Made by a program: the position numbers and the translations under genes | Notes under the pieces: generated by a model | Told to the model about the DNA's origin: nothing | What the model saw: the letters and a program-made list of their open reading frames with translations, nothing else | The model's database searches: none | DNA from: Clostridia bacterium | GTDB lineage: Bacteria > Bacillota > Clostridia > UMGS1883 > UMGS1540 | Assembly (NCBI GenBank): GCA_045533905.1 | Contig: JAZSIR010000002.1 | Location: 14,622-78,621 of the forward strand | DNA length: 64,000 nt | Direction: 5' to 3' | In this document: one piece after another, positions 1 through 9,639 of the stretch | Layout: each line of letters starts with the position of its first letter | How positions within the stretch are numbered: position 1 is the first letter of the stretch

Positions 1-1
1 A

Positions 2-1258
2 GGCAGTTCAGCCGCTTCCTTTTTTGAAAAAGCGGTGCGCTATGCCTGCGAAGGGTGTAAAAAATCAGATTTTTGTTGGAAACAGGAATTTCATCGCACC
101 TATGCTTCCTTTTTTGTGATGCTGGAACTCGCCTGCAAAAAGGGCGAAATCACGCGGGATGACATCCCCATTTCCCTTGCGGAAAAGTGCATCCGCCCGC
201 CGCTTCTCCCCGAAGCCTTTAATCATATGTATGAAGTGTACCGCACAAGTCTCCTTTGGGAAGCGCGCACAGAGGAAGCGCGCGGCCTTGTTGCAAGGCA
301 GCTTTCTTCTGTAGCACATATTCTGGAAAGTATGGAAAAAGCCGTGCGACGGGATCTTTTTGAAAACGAAAAGATGGAGGAAATTTTGCGTGCTTCGTTC
401 GCAGAACGAGGCATCGCCGTGCAGAATCTCTCTGTCCTTGAAGGACGGCGCGGGGCGCTTTCCGTCCAGCTTTGCACCGATCCCAAAACACCAGGGAATC
501 TCATTTCGGAAATCGTCTCCAAGGGACTGCGGCTGCCGCTCGAAATCACAAGCGAGCAAGACGGCCACTTCTGTCTCTCCCCGCATGGTAGGCTTCGCCT
601 GGCCGTCAGCGGAGAAACGAAGGCGCGCGAGGGAAGCCCCAAAAGCGGTGACAATTTTGAAAGTCTTTATCTTGAAAACGGCTACTATTTTCTCGCCATA
701 TCCGACGGTATGGGTAGCGGGCTTCGGGCTTCCGAGGACAGCCGCGCCGCGCTCAGTATGCTCCGCACCCTTTTCCGCGCAGGGTTTGATGCCGAAACGG
801 CTGTGGGCCTTGTAAACTCTGTTTTAGTGCTTCGCTCAGCGGAAGATGCCTTTGCCACGCTTGACCTTCTTCTCGTAAATACACACAGCCTGGAAGCGGA
901 ATTTATGAAGGCAGGCGCCGCTGCAAGCTTTATCCGCCACGGGAAGGATGTGCGCACCTATGCGGCCGGCTCACTCCCTGCCGGTATGCTCACAAAGCCC
1001 GACCTTGCGCACCTTCGCGCAAAACTCGCCCCCGGCGATATGATTGTGATGCTTTCCGACGGCGCGGCGGAGCCCGGCGCATCTCCCAAAGGCACTGCCT
1101 GGGTTTCGGAAGCCATCGCTTCCTATGACGGGGACGACCCGCATGCGCTTATGCAGATTATCCTTCAGCTTGCAAAGGAAAAAAGTGGCGGACACGTGCG
1201 CGATGATATGACCGTGCTTTGCGCCGCCGCACACCGCGCGGAGGATTTTATTGCATAG
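2..1258 (+). CDS. spoIIE: Stage II sporulation protein E (PP2C-type phosphatase), 5' truncated by window edge
   Basis: Frame is open back to position 2. CxxC..CW regulatory region, then PP2C motifs SGDNF, AISDGMGSG, ATLD, MLSDG, RDDMTV. Confidence 0.9.
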   Translation, partial: GSSAASFFEKAVRYACEGCKKSDFCWKQEFHRTYASFFVMLELACKKGEITRDDIPISLAEKCIRPPLLPEAFNHMYEVYRTSLLWEARTEEARGLVARQLSSVAHILESMEKAVRRDLFENEKMEEILRASFAERGIAVQNLSVLEGRRGALSVQLCTDPKTPGNLISEIVSKGLRLPLEITSEQDGHFCLSPHGRLRLAVSGETKAREGSPKSGDNFESLYLENGYYFLAISDGMGSGLRASEDSRAALSMLRTLFRAGFDAETAVGLVNSVLVLRSAEDAFATLDLLLVNTHSLEAEFMKAGAAASFIRHGKDVRTYAAGSLPAGMLTKPDLAHLRAKLAPGDMIVMLSDGAAEPGASPKGTAWVSEAIASYDGDDPHALMQIILQLAKEKSGGHVRDDMTVLCAAAHRAEDFIA

Positions 1259-1282
1259 TGCTTCCGCTTTTGGGATAAACTA
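1253..1282 (+). promoter_or_regulatory. Putative sigma-F promoter
   Basis: GCATA-N15-GGATAAACTA matches the forespore sigma-F consensus GYWTA-N15-GGnnAnAnTA, 30 nt upstream of the ORF at 1312. Confidence 0.55.
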
Positions 1283-1311
1283 CCGAGTAGAAATACGGCC
1301 GGAGGTGCAAA

Positions 1312-1566
1312 GTGAAAAGTAAAAAAGTATTCGTTGTAAAAAATTTCAAATCCCCATATATTGAAGAGGCTATTTTTATCCTGCGGGAAAATGCGCCTTC
1401 GGATGCCGCGCCGCGTGATGCGGTCCTCGAAGCGGAAGCGCTTGTGACGGGGTATCTCTCAGGTCTTTCCGGCCTGATGCCGCCCCAAAAGAAAAAACGC
1501 CGTCTGTTTTTTGCGGCGTGCGCGTTCCTTTCGCTTTCCTCTTTTGTGTGGCTTCTTCTCCGATAG
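1312..1566 (+). CDS. Small hypothetical protein with C-terminal membrane anchor
   Basis: 84 aa, GGAGG RBS, GTG start, basic stretch KKKRR followed by a hydrophobic tail. Confidence 0.75.
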   Translation: MKSKKVFVVKNFKSPYIEEAIFILRENAPSDAAPRDAVLEAEALVTGYLSGLSGLMPPQKKKRRLFFAACAFLSLSSFVWLLLR

Positions 1567-1578
1567 AGAAGTGAATAT

Positions 1579-1618
1579 AAAAGGAGCTGTAAAAACCTAA
1601 GTTTTTACAGCTCCTTTT
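1579..1618. terminator. Bidirectional intrinsic terminator
   Basis: 18-bp inverted repeat aaaaggagctgtaaaaac/gtttttacagctcctttt between convergent genes. Confidence 0.9.
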
Positions 1619-1620
1619 TA

Positions 1621-2718
1621 TTATGCAATGCCGTGAATATCTTCCCGTAAGATGCGGTATGCCGCTGCTGCAATCGGCACGCCGAGGAGCATACCGAGAA
1701 CGCCGAAAATACCGCCACCGACTGTAATCGCCGCAAGCACCCATATACTCGGAAGGCCTGTCGACGCGCCTACCACGCGCGGATAAATGAGGTTTCCTTC
1801 AAACTGCTGCAGCACCACGATTAAAACGAGGAACATCAGCGCCTCTATCGGGGAAACGGCCAGAATCAGAAGCGCACCAAGCGCCGCGCCGATATAGGCC
1901 CCTGCAATGGGAATTAGCGATGTAAAGGCAATGAGCGCGCCAATCATCGTGGGGAACGGTAAGCCGAAAATAATCATACAAACTGTGCAAAGCACGCCGA
2001 GAATGACGGCTTCTGTGCACTGGCCCACGATATAGCGATGGAATGCCTCATTCAAAACGCGGCAGACATAAATCGTTTTTTCGTATGCCCCGGCCGGCAG
2101 GTAATGCCTCGCGGCATTTTTCGCCTGTCTTCCGATCGTATCCTTCGAACCAAGGAGATAGATGGAGAAAATAAGACTCAAAAAGCCCGTGACAGCGCCG
2201 GAAATGACGGAGGTTACTACTTTGACCACAACGCCCATCACATCGCCCACACCGCTTGTAAGCGCTTTGGCGATGGCGCCGATGCGGCTCTGCCAGTCAA
2301 AGTTTTCCAAAACGGCAAGAACCTCCGGCGAAAACAGCCTCCATTTTTTCGCCCAGTCCACAATTCTTTGTATTGCACCGGGGAGTGCCTCAAAAAGGAG
2401 CTGAATACAAGAGGACAGCTGCGGGATAATCAGGGCTACTACAAGCGCGATAACGGCAAGGAGCGTGAGAAATGCGCCGATAAGGCAGACAGGTCTTCTG
2501 CTCTTTGCCAGAAAGCCTTTCTTCTTTTTCGGGAAATAGTGCTTTTCATACCGTACCATTAAAATATTCACAAGGTATGCCACGATCGCCCCGACCAAAA
2601 GCGGGGACGCCGCGCGAAAGAGTGCCGCTAAAAATGCGGCGATTTTTTCCCAGTAATACACAAAAAGATACAAAGCCGCCACAAGGCCTGCTGTTATGGC
2701 ATACGTATTCCGTTTCAT
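1621..2718 (-). CDS. AI-2E family (UPF0118/PerM) transporter
   Basis: Polytopic membrane protein with YIVGQ, LIPIAGAYIG, QQFEGNLIYPRVVG, GMLLGVP motifs; AGGAG RBS. Confidence 0.9.
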   Translation of the reverse strand: MKRNTYAITAGLVAALYLFVYYWEKIAAFLAALFRAASPLLVGAIVAYLVNILMVRYEKHYFPKKKKGFLAKSRRPVCLIGAFLTLLAVIALVVALIIPQLSSCIQLLFEALPGAIQRIVDWAKKWRLFSPEVLAVLENFDWQSRIGAIAKALTSGVGDVMGVVVKVVTSVISGAVTGFLSLIFSIYLLGSKDTIGRQAKNAARHYLPAGAYEKTIYVCRVLNEAFHRYIVGQCTEAVILGVLCTVCMIIFGLPFPTMIGALIAFTSLIPIAGAYIGAALGALLILAVSPIEALMFLVLIVVLQQFEGNLIYPRVVGASTGLPSIWVLAAITVGGGIFGVLGMLLGVPIAAAAYRILREDIHGIA

Positions 2719-2750
2719 ATTTCTCCTTTCCGGGGGATGCTTTTTTTTCT

Positions 2751-2780
2751 TACTATGCCCCGCCTTCTCATCCCATATTC
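2751..2780 (-). promoter_or_regulatory. Putative sigma-G/sigma-F promoter
   Basis: Minus strand GAATA-N18-CATAGTA (equivalently GAATA-N15-GGGCATAGTA). Confidence 0.45.
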
Positions 2781-2787
2781 TCTGTTT

Positions 2788-3387
2788 TCAAAGTGCCACG
2801 CCTGTGATGCGGCTGATTTCCTGCCAGAGTTCTTCTTTACCTGTTCCCTTTTCTGCCGAGAACGGAATGAGGGTATCTTCTTCCGTAAGCGCCAGTGTTT
2901 TCCGGATCACTTCCATATGCTCGGGAATCTTGGTAACGCCAAGTTTATCACATTTTGTGGCCACGACCGTAACCTCACCGAAACGCGATTTAATCCAGCT
3001 GTACATCATCGCATCCTGCGCCGTAGGCTTATGCCGGGCATCCACCAAAAGAAGAACGCCGGAAAGCTGCGCACGCGTTTCGAGATACGTGTTAATCATT
3101 TTTGCCCACTTTTCCTGCTCATCCCGGGAAACACGGGCAAAGCCGTAACCGGGCAAGTCTACGAAAAAGAGCGTATCGTCGATATTATAAAAATTAATGG
3201 TAGCCGTTTTGCCGGGGGTTGCACTCGTTCTCGCGAGTTTGTTACGATTTAGGAGCTTATTGATGCAGGAGGATTTTCCGACATTGGAGCGCCCGGCGAG
3301 TGCAATTTCTGCCATAGCCGTCTGCGGGTACTGACGGGGCTGTACCGCGGAAATAGTCAGCGCCGCATTATGAATATTCAGCTGCAT
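2788..3387 (-). CDS. engB: Ribosome biogenesis GTPase YihA/YsxC
   Basis: GRSNVGKSS, TPGKT, DLPGYG, TKCDK G-motifs. Confidence 0.95.
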   Translation of the reverse strand: MQLNIHNAALTISAVQPRQYPQTAMAEIALAGRSNVGKSSCINKLLNRNKLARTSATPGKTATINFYNIDDTLFFVDLPGYGFARVSRDEQEKWAKMINTYLETRAQLSGVLLLVDARHKPTAQDAMMYSWIKSRFGEVTVVATKCDKLGVTKIPEHMEVIRKTLALTEEDTLIPFSAEKGTGKEELWQEISRITGVAL

Positions 3388-4016
3388 AAAATCCCTCCCA
3401 GCTCTGAAACTGTTTCTACAATGTATTCCGGTTGTATACGGCGAAGGGCATCCTTATCGCCGAATCCGTATAAAACGCCGACCGTCGGAAGGCCGTTTGC
3501 ACGGGCGCCCTCCACGTCGTACACCGTGTCCCCCACCATAATGAGGTTTTTTCCTTCCGCCTTCGTTTTGACAAGTGCCACTATTTTTTCCTTACTGTCA
3601 AGGTTTTTATCCATACCGGCGCCTATAATCTCTTTGAAATAACCGGCAAGTCCCACGTGCGAAAGGAGTGTTTTCGAATACGCCGTCGGCTTTGCCGTGG
3701 CCACAAAAAGCTCTTTCCCCGCACGGGAAAGTTCCTCTAGAAGCTCGCGGATGCCTTCGTACGGCGTTGCTTGATATACACCTGTTTGTGTATAATATTC
3801 GCGGTATTTTGCCAAAAGCACCTCGGCCGTATCCGCGTCCACCCCGCAGTACTTCTGAAAAGAAGCACGAAGCGGCGGCCCTACAAACTTTTCGCGCACT
3901 TCGTAGGAAAGCGGCGGAAGGGAGAGGGCGGAAAGGGCATACGCCACCCCGTTGGTAATACCGGGCGCGCTGTTTACAAGCGTGCCGTCCAAGTCAAAAA
4001 GAATCGTATCGTACAT
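3378..4016 (-). CDS. HAD-superfamily hydrolase (phosphoglycolate phosphatase-like)
   Basis: FDLDGTL motif I, ATAK, MVGDTVYD. Start moved to the ATG at 4016, which has an AGGAG RBS. Confidence 0.9.
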   Translation of the reverse strand: MYDTILFDLDGTLVNSAPGITNGVAYALSALSLPPLSYEVREKFVGPPLRASFQKYCGVDADTAEVLLAKYREYYTQTGVYQATPYEGIRELLEELSRAGKELFVATAKPTAYSKTLLSHVGLAGYFKEIIGAGMDKNLDSKEKIVALVKTKAEGKNLIMVGDTVYDVEGARANGLPTVGVLYGFGDKDALRRIQPEYIVETVSELGGILCS

Positions 4017-4062
4017 ATATATTCTCCTATGGAGAAAGCCGCACAAAGGCGGCCGTTTCTCA

Positions 4063-4461
4063 TTAGTTTCGAATCAGATTTCTCCAGTCCAGATCGCCGC
4101 GGGAAAGGCCTAAAACCAAAACCTCTGCGGTGGCCATATTCGTAGCAATCGGAATGGTGTGCACATCGCAAAGGCGAAGCACGGCGGCAACATCCGGCTC
4201 ATACGGCATTGCCGTCAGCGGATCCTCAAAAAACAAAACGAGGTCAATTTCATTATAGGCAATGCGGGCACCGATTTGCTGGTCGCCCCCTTCTGCGCCG
4301 GATAAAAACTTCTGCACCGGAAGGCCTGTGGTCTCCTCCACAAGGTCACCCGTGCCGGCGGTGGAATACAAATTATGCTGTACCAAAACGGCTTTATATG
4401 CTGTACAGAACTGCACCATGAGTTCTTTTTTCTTATCGTGTGCAATAAGTGCTATATTCAT
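4063..4461 (-). CDS. mgsA: Methylglyoxal synthase (divergent)
   Basis: IALIAHD, GGDQQIG, DPL..EPDV, RLCDVH..ATN motifs. Confidence 0.88.
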   Translation of the reverse strand: MNIALIAHDKKKELMVQFCTAYKAVLVQHNLYSTAGTGDLVEETTGLPVQKFLSGAEGGDQQIGARIAYNEIDLVLFFEDPLTAMPYEPDVAAVLRLCDVHTIPIATNMATAEVLVLGLSRGDLDWRNLIRN

Positions 4462-4499
4462 ATGTACCCCTCTATTCTGTCAAAATTTTTATGAAAATC

Positions 4500-5279
4500 C
4501 TATTTTCCGCGGGCGAAAAGTCTTCTTTTTTTCAGGCGCATACGAAGAAGCGGCACTTCCTCGCCCTCAAGGCGCCTTGCAATATTTTTGTATGCCTTGC
4601 CTGCGCGGCTTTTTTTGTTCGTGATGCAAAGTGCGCGCCCAAGACTCTGCAGAATTACATTTTCATCCTCGGGCACAATCCCCAAAAGCTCTACCCCGAG
4701 CCAGTCGAGCACCTCGCCCACGCTCAGCATAATCCCCTTTTTCACAAGTTCGGGACGGGCGCGGTTCAAAATCAGATGGCTTTTTTCAAGACCCTTTTTC
4801 GAAAGCTCCTCCAGCACCTTATCTGCATCCCGCACGGCCGCCGTTTCCGCGATGGTGACCACAAGCGCGCGGTCAGCACAGAAAATGGCATTCTGGAAGC
4901 CGCGGTCAATGCCTGCGGGAGAATCAATCAGAATATAATCATAGGTATCGCGGAGTTCTTTACATAAAAGCGCCAGTCTTTCCGGATCCACATCTTCTTT
5001 GTTTCGTGTCTGCGATGCGGCCAGAAGGTGAAGATTCGGGATTTCCTCGTGGCGGATGAGTGCCTGCCGCAAGCGGCATTTCTGCTCCAGTACATCCACA
5101 AGGTCATATACAACTCGTTCATCGAGCCCCAGTGCCACATCCAGGTTACGAAGGCCGATATCGAGATCTAAAACTACGACAGATTTTCCCGCCGTTGCAA
5201 GTGCCGCAGAAAGGCCCGCTGTGGTTGCCGTTTTCCCTACGCCGCCTTTTCCGGATGCAATTACGACTATCTCACCCAT
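4500..5279 (-). CDS. minD: Septum site-determining ATPase MinD
   Basis: SGKGGVGKT deviant Walker A, DIGLRNLD, DSPAGI. Confidence 0.95.
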   Translation of the reverse strand: MGEIVVIASGKGGVGKTATTAGLSAALATAGKSVVVLDLDIGLRNLDVALGLDERVVYDLVDVLEQKCRLRQALIRHEEIPNLHLLAASQTRNKEDVDPERLALLCKELRDTYDYILIDSPAGIDRGFQNAIFCADRALVVTIAETAAVRDADKVLEELSKKGLEKSHLILNRARPELVKKGIMLSVGEVLDWLGVELLGIVPEDENVILQSLGRALCITNKKSRAGKAYKNIARRLEGEEVPLLRMRLKKRRLFARGK

Positions 5280-5311
5280 ATTTCCCCTCCATAGAAAGCC
5301 TTACTAAAAGT

Positions 5312-5340
5312 AGTATACCATATTTTTGAAAAAGAGTCTA
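5312..5340 (-). promoter_or_regulatory. Sigma-A-like promoter for minD
   Basis: TAGACT-N17-TATACT with TG extension. Confidence 0.55.
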
Positions 5341-5362
5341 CCCTTTTTCCGGATTTTTTGTT

Positions 5363-7387
5363 TTAAGGCAGAAGCACATTCGTCCTCGGAAGCGCTTCGC
5401 TCTCCTCCGCCTTTGCGCTGAAATATGTTTCCAGCACATCGCGGACGGCGCGGGCGGCATTCGCCCCGTGCACGCCTTCTTCAATGACGGCGCACACCGC
5501 AACTGTAGGATTATCGTACGGGGCAAAGCCGACGAAAATCGCGTTATCGGCTCTTCCTGCAACCTCGGCCGTACCTGTCTTGCCGCCAACGGGCACCCCG
5601 AAGTCTTCAAAGACGGTGCTCGCCGTGCCCAGTTCTACAACATCGCGCATCCCTTCGAGGATTGCGCGGAGATTTTCGGGCGCAATATCAATTCTGGACA
5701 AAACGGTGGGCTTTGCTTCCTGCACAAGTGTCCCCGTTTCCGAATCGCGTACAGCTTTTACGATATGTGTTTTATACCGCGTGCCGCCGTTTACAATCGT
5801 GGCCAGGTAATTTGCAAGCTGCAAGGGCGTAAAAAGGTTTTTCGACTGGCCGATGGAATACTGGAGCGTGTCACCCGGCACCCATTTCTGCCCGTCACGT
5901 TCGCTCTGCGCAGGGCTTGCAAGCTTGCCTTTGTTTTCTTCCTCCGTAAGCTCAATGCCCGTAGCCTCGCCAAGCCCTAAAAGCTGTGCATACGTGCTCA
6001 TTTTTTCAATCGTGGTGCGCCGCCCGATATCATAGAAGAAATAGTTGCACGAGTGCTTCAAGGCCTCCGAGACATTGACCGGGCCGTGTGTAAGCCCCGT
6101 GCCTCTGTAAATCCAGCAGGCGGGTTGATAGTCATCAAAATATTTATAAATGCCGAGGTCCTCGATGGTGTCGGTGGGCGTTATGATGCCCTCCTCAAGC
6201 GCCGCCAGCGCCGTTGCCATTTTGAAGGTGGAGCCCGGCTCATACGCGCCGCCGATGGCGCGGTTGAACATTGGGAGATTCGGGTCGGTGCTTAAAGATT
6301 CGTACTCCTCATAAAAGCGTGCAGGGTCATAGGTCGGGCAGGAGGCAAGCGCCAAAATTTCGCCGGTATTCACATCCACGGCCGCGAGTGCGCCGCAAGC
6401 GGCGTTTGCGCCGTCCCCTTCTTCATTTATGCTTTCCGCCCGCACATAGGCAATGGCATCCATAAGCGCCTTCTCTGCGCTTTTCTGCAGTTCCAGATCC
6501 AGCGTCAAAACGACATTGTCGCCCATTTTGGGGGCAACCTCCGTTTCCGTGCGGATGGTCTGTCCGTCCACGCTTTTTTCCACGCGGTTGAGACCATCCT
6601 GCCCGCGGAGGAAATCTTCGAGATATCTTTCAACACCCTGCTTGCCGATGATGGCATTCATCGAGTAGTTCTTCTCTCGAAGGGCTTCATATTCCTCTTT
6701 GTAGATGCGCCCCGTCTGCCCGAGAATGTGGGCTGCGGTGCTTCCGTTTGCAAATCGCCGCACGGGCGAGGTTTCAATGACAAGCCCCGGAAACTCCAGC
6801 TTTTGTTCGAGGAAGCGTGTCATCAGTGTATGCGAAATACCTTCCGCGATGGTGTAAGAGGTTTCGCCGGAAAAGCCGGTTCTCTCCATTTCATAGCGCT
6901 GGCCGATAAGGTCGCGCCGTTCTCCTTCCGAAAGTTCCTGCGGAATTTTATAGCGCTTTGCAAAATGGGCAAGCACCACGCTTCTGTCCGCTTCCTTCGG
7001 AATCTTATACTGCTCCTTCCAGCTCGCAAGTGCCTCGCCGCTTATGCTGAAGCTGTGTGCCTGCACGGGGAAGCTGTCAGAAACGGTAGCGCCGTCTGCC
7101 TCGCAAAGCTTCAGAATACGGAGAATCAGCGTATTCAGTTCTTCTTCGGGCATACTCTCGGTTTTATAAAGGCGTACAGCAAAAACCGTTTCACTCGTAA
7201 CAAGTGCGCGGCCGTTTCTGTCGAGAATTTCGCCACGCGGTGCCTTTACGGCACTCGTTTTGACAAGGCGGAGTCTGCTTTCTTCCAGATACGCCTCGCC
7301 ATTTACGACCTGCAAATCCACAAGCCTTGCAAAGACCAGAAAGGCAAATGCAAAAATCAGAAAATAAATAAAACGATACCGCTTCAC
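5363..7387 (-). CDS. mrdA: Class B penicillin-binding protein 2
   Basis: N-terminal TM, APRGEILDRNG, STFK (SxxK), SCN (SxN), KTGT. GTG start at 7387 overlaps the mreD stop. Confidence 0.92.
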   Translation of the reverse strand: MKRYRFIYFLIFAFAFLVFARLVDLQVVNGEAYLEESRLRLVKTSAVKAPRGEILDRNGRALVTSETVFAVRLYKTESMPEEELNTLILRILKLCEADGATVSDSFPVQAHSFSISGEALASWKEQYKIPKEADRSVVLAHFAKRYKIPQELSEGERRDLIGQRYEMERTGFSGETSYTIAEGISHTLMTRFLEQKLEFPGLVIETSPVRRFANGSTAAHILGQTGRIYKEEYEALREKNYSMNAIIGKQGVERYLEDFLRGQDGLNRVEKSVDGQTIRTETEVAPKMGDNVVLTLDLELQKSAEKALMDAIAYVRAESINEEGDGANAACGALAAVDVNTGEILALASCPTYDPARFYEEYESLSTDPNLPMFNRAIGGAYEPGSTFKMATALAALEEGIITPTDTIEDLGIYKYFDDYQPACWIYRGTGLTHGPVNVSEALKHSCNYFFYDIGRRTTIEKMSTYAQLLGLGEATGIELTEEENKGKLASPAQSERDGQKWVPGDTLQYSIGQSKNLFTPLQLANYLATIVNGGTRYKTHIVKAVRDSETGTLVQEAKPTVLSRIDIAPENLRAILEGMRDVVELGTASTVFEDFGVPVGGKTGTAEVAGRADNAIFVGFAPYDNPTVAVCAVIEEGVHGANAARAVRDVLETYFSAKAEESEALPRTNVLLP

Positions 7388-7884
7388 AGCCGCACCCCCC
7401 TCTCCTTCTTCGGACGGCTGAGTTTTACAATCGGATGGTAGAAAAGAAGCTGGCACACCGCCGTATAGACAGCCGTGGGAATCATACTGCGAAACAGGGC
7501 ATACATAAAGTTCCCTTCGCCCCAGATGGTAAATGTAAAGAAGCAAAGAAGTGCTTCACACAAAAGCGAGGCCACGAGCGTAATGCCTGCAGTAATAAGC
7601 GGCGTGTTTTTATAGATGAGCTCTAAAAATGCGCACGCCAGAATGGCCGTAAACATATAAATCAGTGCATAGAAACCGAAGGTGCGACCCCAGAAAAGGT
7701 CCCAAAGTGCACCTGCAAAAAGCCCGTATACCCCTGCCTCCGCCATTTCGCCGGCCACAGCCATAGCGATAACGGTTACGAGAAGAAGGCTCGGGGATAT
7801 ATTCCATATTCCGATGTATGTGCCAAGCGTACTGTCAAGAATAAATGCCAGAATGAGTACGAGCACCTTACGGACATGTCGCAT
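7384..7884 (-). CDS. mreD: Rod shape-determining protein MreD
   Basis: Hydrophobic 166-aa protein with G..AG...D motif, between mreC and pbp2. Confidence 0.85.
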   Translation of the reverse strand: MRHVRKVLVLILAFILDSTLGTYIGIWNISPSLLLVTVIAMAVAGEMAEAGVYGLFAGALWDLFWGRTFGFYALIYMFTAILACAFLELIYKNTPLITAGITLVASLLCEALLCFFTFTIWGEGNFMYALFRSMIPTAVYTAVCQLLFYHPIVKLSRPKKERGVRL

Positions 7885-7894
7885 ACTCTGCCTC

Positions 7895-8719
7895 CTACTT
7901 CCGAATGACCAACACTTCCGATACGCGGCTGAAATCTACAGCCGGTTCAATGGTAGCTTCATAGTAAAGCCCCTGCGGATCCACAGAAAGACTTTTTATT
8001 TTGCCGATTAAAATTCCTTCGGGATAAATGCCGCCGAGTCCCGAGGTTTCCACAAAGTCACCCTCCGCGACCTCGGCATCGCGGGAGAGGTATGCAAGGT
8101 GGCACACGCCCTCTTCCATAAGCTGTACGCTTCCCTCCACCACAGCTAGATCCCCGGTTCTTTCCACAATGCAGCCTGCCGCACTTTTGGAATCAATAAC
8201 GGAAATGACACTGCTCCAGGTGCTGCCCACCTCATAGATATAGCCTACAAGGCCTTTATCGGTAATAACAACATCGTTTTTTGAAAGCCCGTCCCGGGTG
8301 CCCTTATCGATTTTGAAGGCACTGTACCACGCGCCCGGATCCTTTGCCACAACGCGCGCACCCACGGTTTCCCATTCACCGGCGGACTCCTTCAGCGATA
8401 AAAGCCCGCGAAGGCGCTCGTTTTCGTTCCGGAGGGCATAAAGCTCCCGCGTTTCCTCGGAAAGGCGCTGCACCTCCTCCAAAAGCCGCGCGTTTTCCTC
8501 CCGGTACTGCGAATTGGATCGGAAGCGGCTGAAGAAATTACTCGTAGCGGAGCCTATGCTTCTGAATACTTTCTGCACAGGCGTTACCACAACACCTACC
8601 ACATCGCCCGCAAAGCCTGCCTTTTCGCCCTGTGCGGTGCTTACGGCCATCAGGATCAAAATCACCGCCGTAACGATGGCTAAAACAACAAAAAATTTAC
8701 TTCTGAAAAAATCGGACAT
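7895..8719 (-). CDS. mreC: Rod shape-determining protein MreC
   Basis: TM plus coiled coil ENERLR, IDKG..DG, TSGLGGIYPEGILIG. Confidence 0.95.
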   Translation of the reverse strand: MSDFFRSKFFVVLAIVTAVILILMAVSTAQGEKAGFAGDVVGVVVTPVQKVFRSIGSATSNFFSRFRSNSQYREENARLLEEVQRLSEETRELYALRNENERLRGLLSLKESAGEWETVGARVVAKDPGAWYSAFKIDKGTRDGLSKNDVVITDKGLVGYIYEVGSTWSSVISVIDSKSAAGCIVERTGDLAVVEGSVQLMEEGVCHLAYLSRDAEVAEGDFVETSGLGGIYPEGILIGKIKSLSVDPQGLYYEATIEPAVDFSRVSEVLVIRK

Positions 8720-8724
8720 CTCGT

Positions 8725-9294
8725 CTATCTCCTGTTCATCCGTTCAATAAGCCGCTTCGCGGCGGCAAGGGGCAGGCCAACCACGTTTTGAAAATCCCCT
8801 TCGGTTTTTTCCACAAGGGCACCGCCTTTGCCCTGAATACCGTATGCACCCGCCTTGTCAAGCGGCTCACCCGTTTCTACATATTCTGCAATTTCCGCCC
8901 CGGAAAGTGTGCGGAAAGTAACAAGCGTTTCCTCGCAGTGCGTAATCAGTTCACCACTTTCGCCGGAAAGAACGGCTATCCCCGTATATACGGAATGGGT
9001 TCTGCCGGAAAGCATAGAAAGCATACGGATCGCATCTTTCGCATCCTGCGGTTTTCCGAGCACTTTCCCGTCGAGAACCACGACCGTGTCGGCGCCGAGC
9101 ACAAGCCCACGCTCGCCCTTTGCGGCGGCTGCCGCTTTGCTCGCGGCGAGAAGCTGCACCATAAGGCGCGGCGCAATCCCTTCAAAAACCGATTCATCTA
9201 TATCTGCCGGCCGCACCGTATGCCGTATGCCTGCCGCCTCTAAAATCTCTCGGCGGCGGGGCGAAGCCGATGCCAGAACCAGCGTGGTATCCAT
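8725..9294 (-). CDS. maf: Maf family nucleoside triphosphate pyrophosphatase
   Basis: LASASPRRR, GADTVV, GKP, DKAGAYGIQ, NVVGLP. Start inferred at the ATG at 9294. Confidence 0.93.
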   Translation of the reverse strand: MDTTLVLASASPRRREILEAAGIRHTVRPADIDESVFEGIAPRLMVQLLAASKAAAAAKGERGLVLGADTVVVLDGKVLGKPQDAKDAIRMLSMLSGRTHSVYTGIAVLSGESGELITHCEETLVTFRTLSGAEIAEYVETGEPLDKAGAYGIQGKGGALVEKTEGDFQNVVGLPLAAAKRLIERMNRR

Positions 9295-9488
9295 TTCGTG
9301 CAAACCTATCCCTCTTTCCTATGGGGAAAATTTCCAAAATCTCTACTTATTATACTATAAATTCTCACGAAAAGCAAAAGATATTTTCAAAAATTAAATA
9401 CTTTCTTGAAGAGGCAGATAAAAAATCCCGAAAAAACGGCGTTTTTTATACATCTGCGGCATAAGTTTGAAAAAAATCAAAAAAATGC

Positions 9489-9517
9489 TTTACAAAGTGG
9501 GATTTCTGTGGTATACT
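9489..9517 (+). promoter_or_regulatory. Sigma-A promoter of tRNA-Gly
   Basis: TTTACA-N17-TATACT with TG extension. Confidence 0.7.
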
Positions 9518-9530
9518 ACCACTTGTACAT

Positions 9531-9606
9531 GCGAATGTAGCTCATCTGGTAGAGCGCCACCTTGCCAAGGTGGAGGTAGCGAGTTCGAGCCTCGTCATTC
9601 GCTCCA
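9531..9606 (+). tRNA. tRNA-Gly (GCC)
   Basis: Acceptor stem GCGAATG/CATTCGC, anticodon arm CCACC-TTGCCAA-GGTGG, T-loop TTCGAGC, encoded CCA; 76 nt. Confidence 0.97.
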
Positions 9607-9611
9607 GCTAT

Positions 9612-9639
9612 GGCGACGCATTTTCATGCGTCGTTTTTT
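9612..9639 (+). terminator. Intrinsic terminator after tRNA-Gly
   Basis: cgacgcat/atgcgtcg stem followed by a T tract. Confidence 0.75.
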
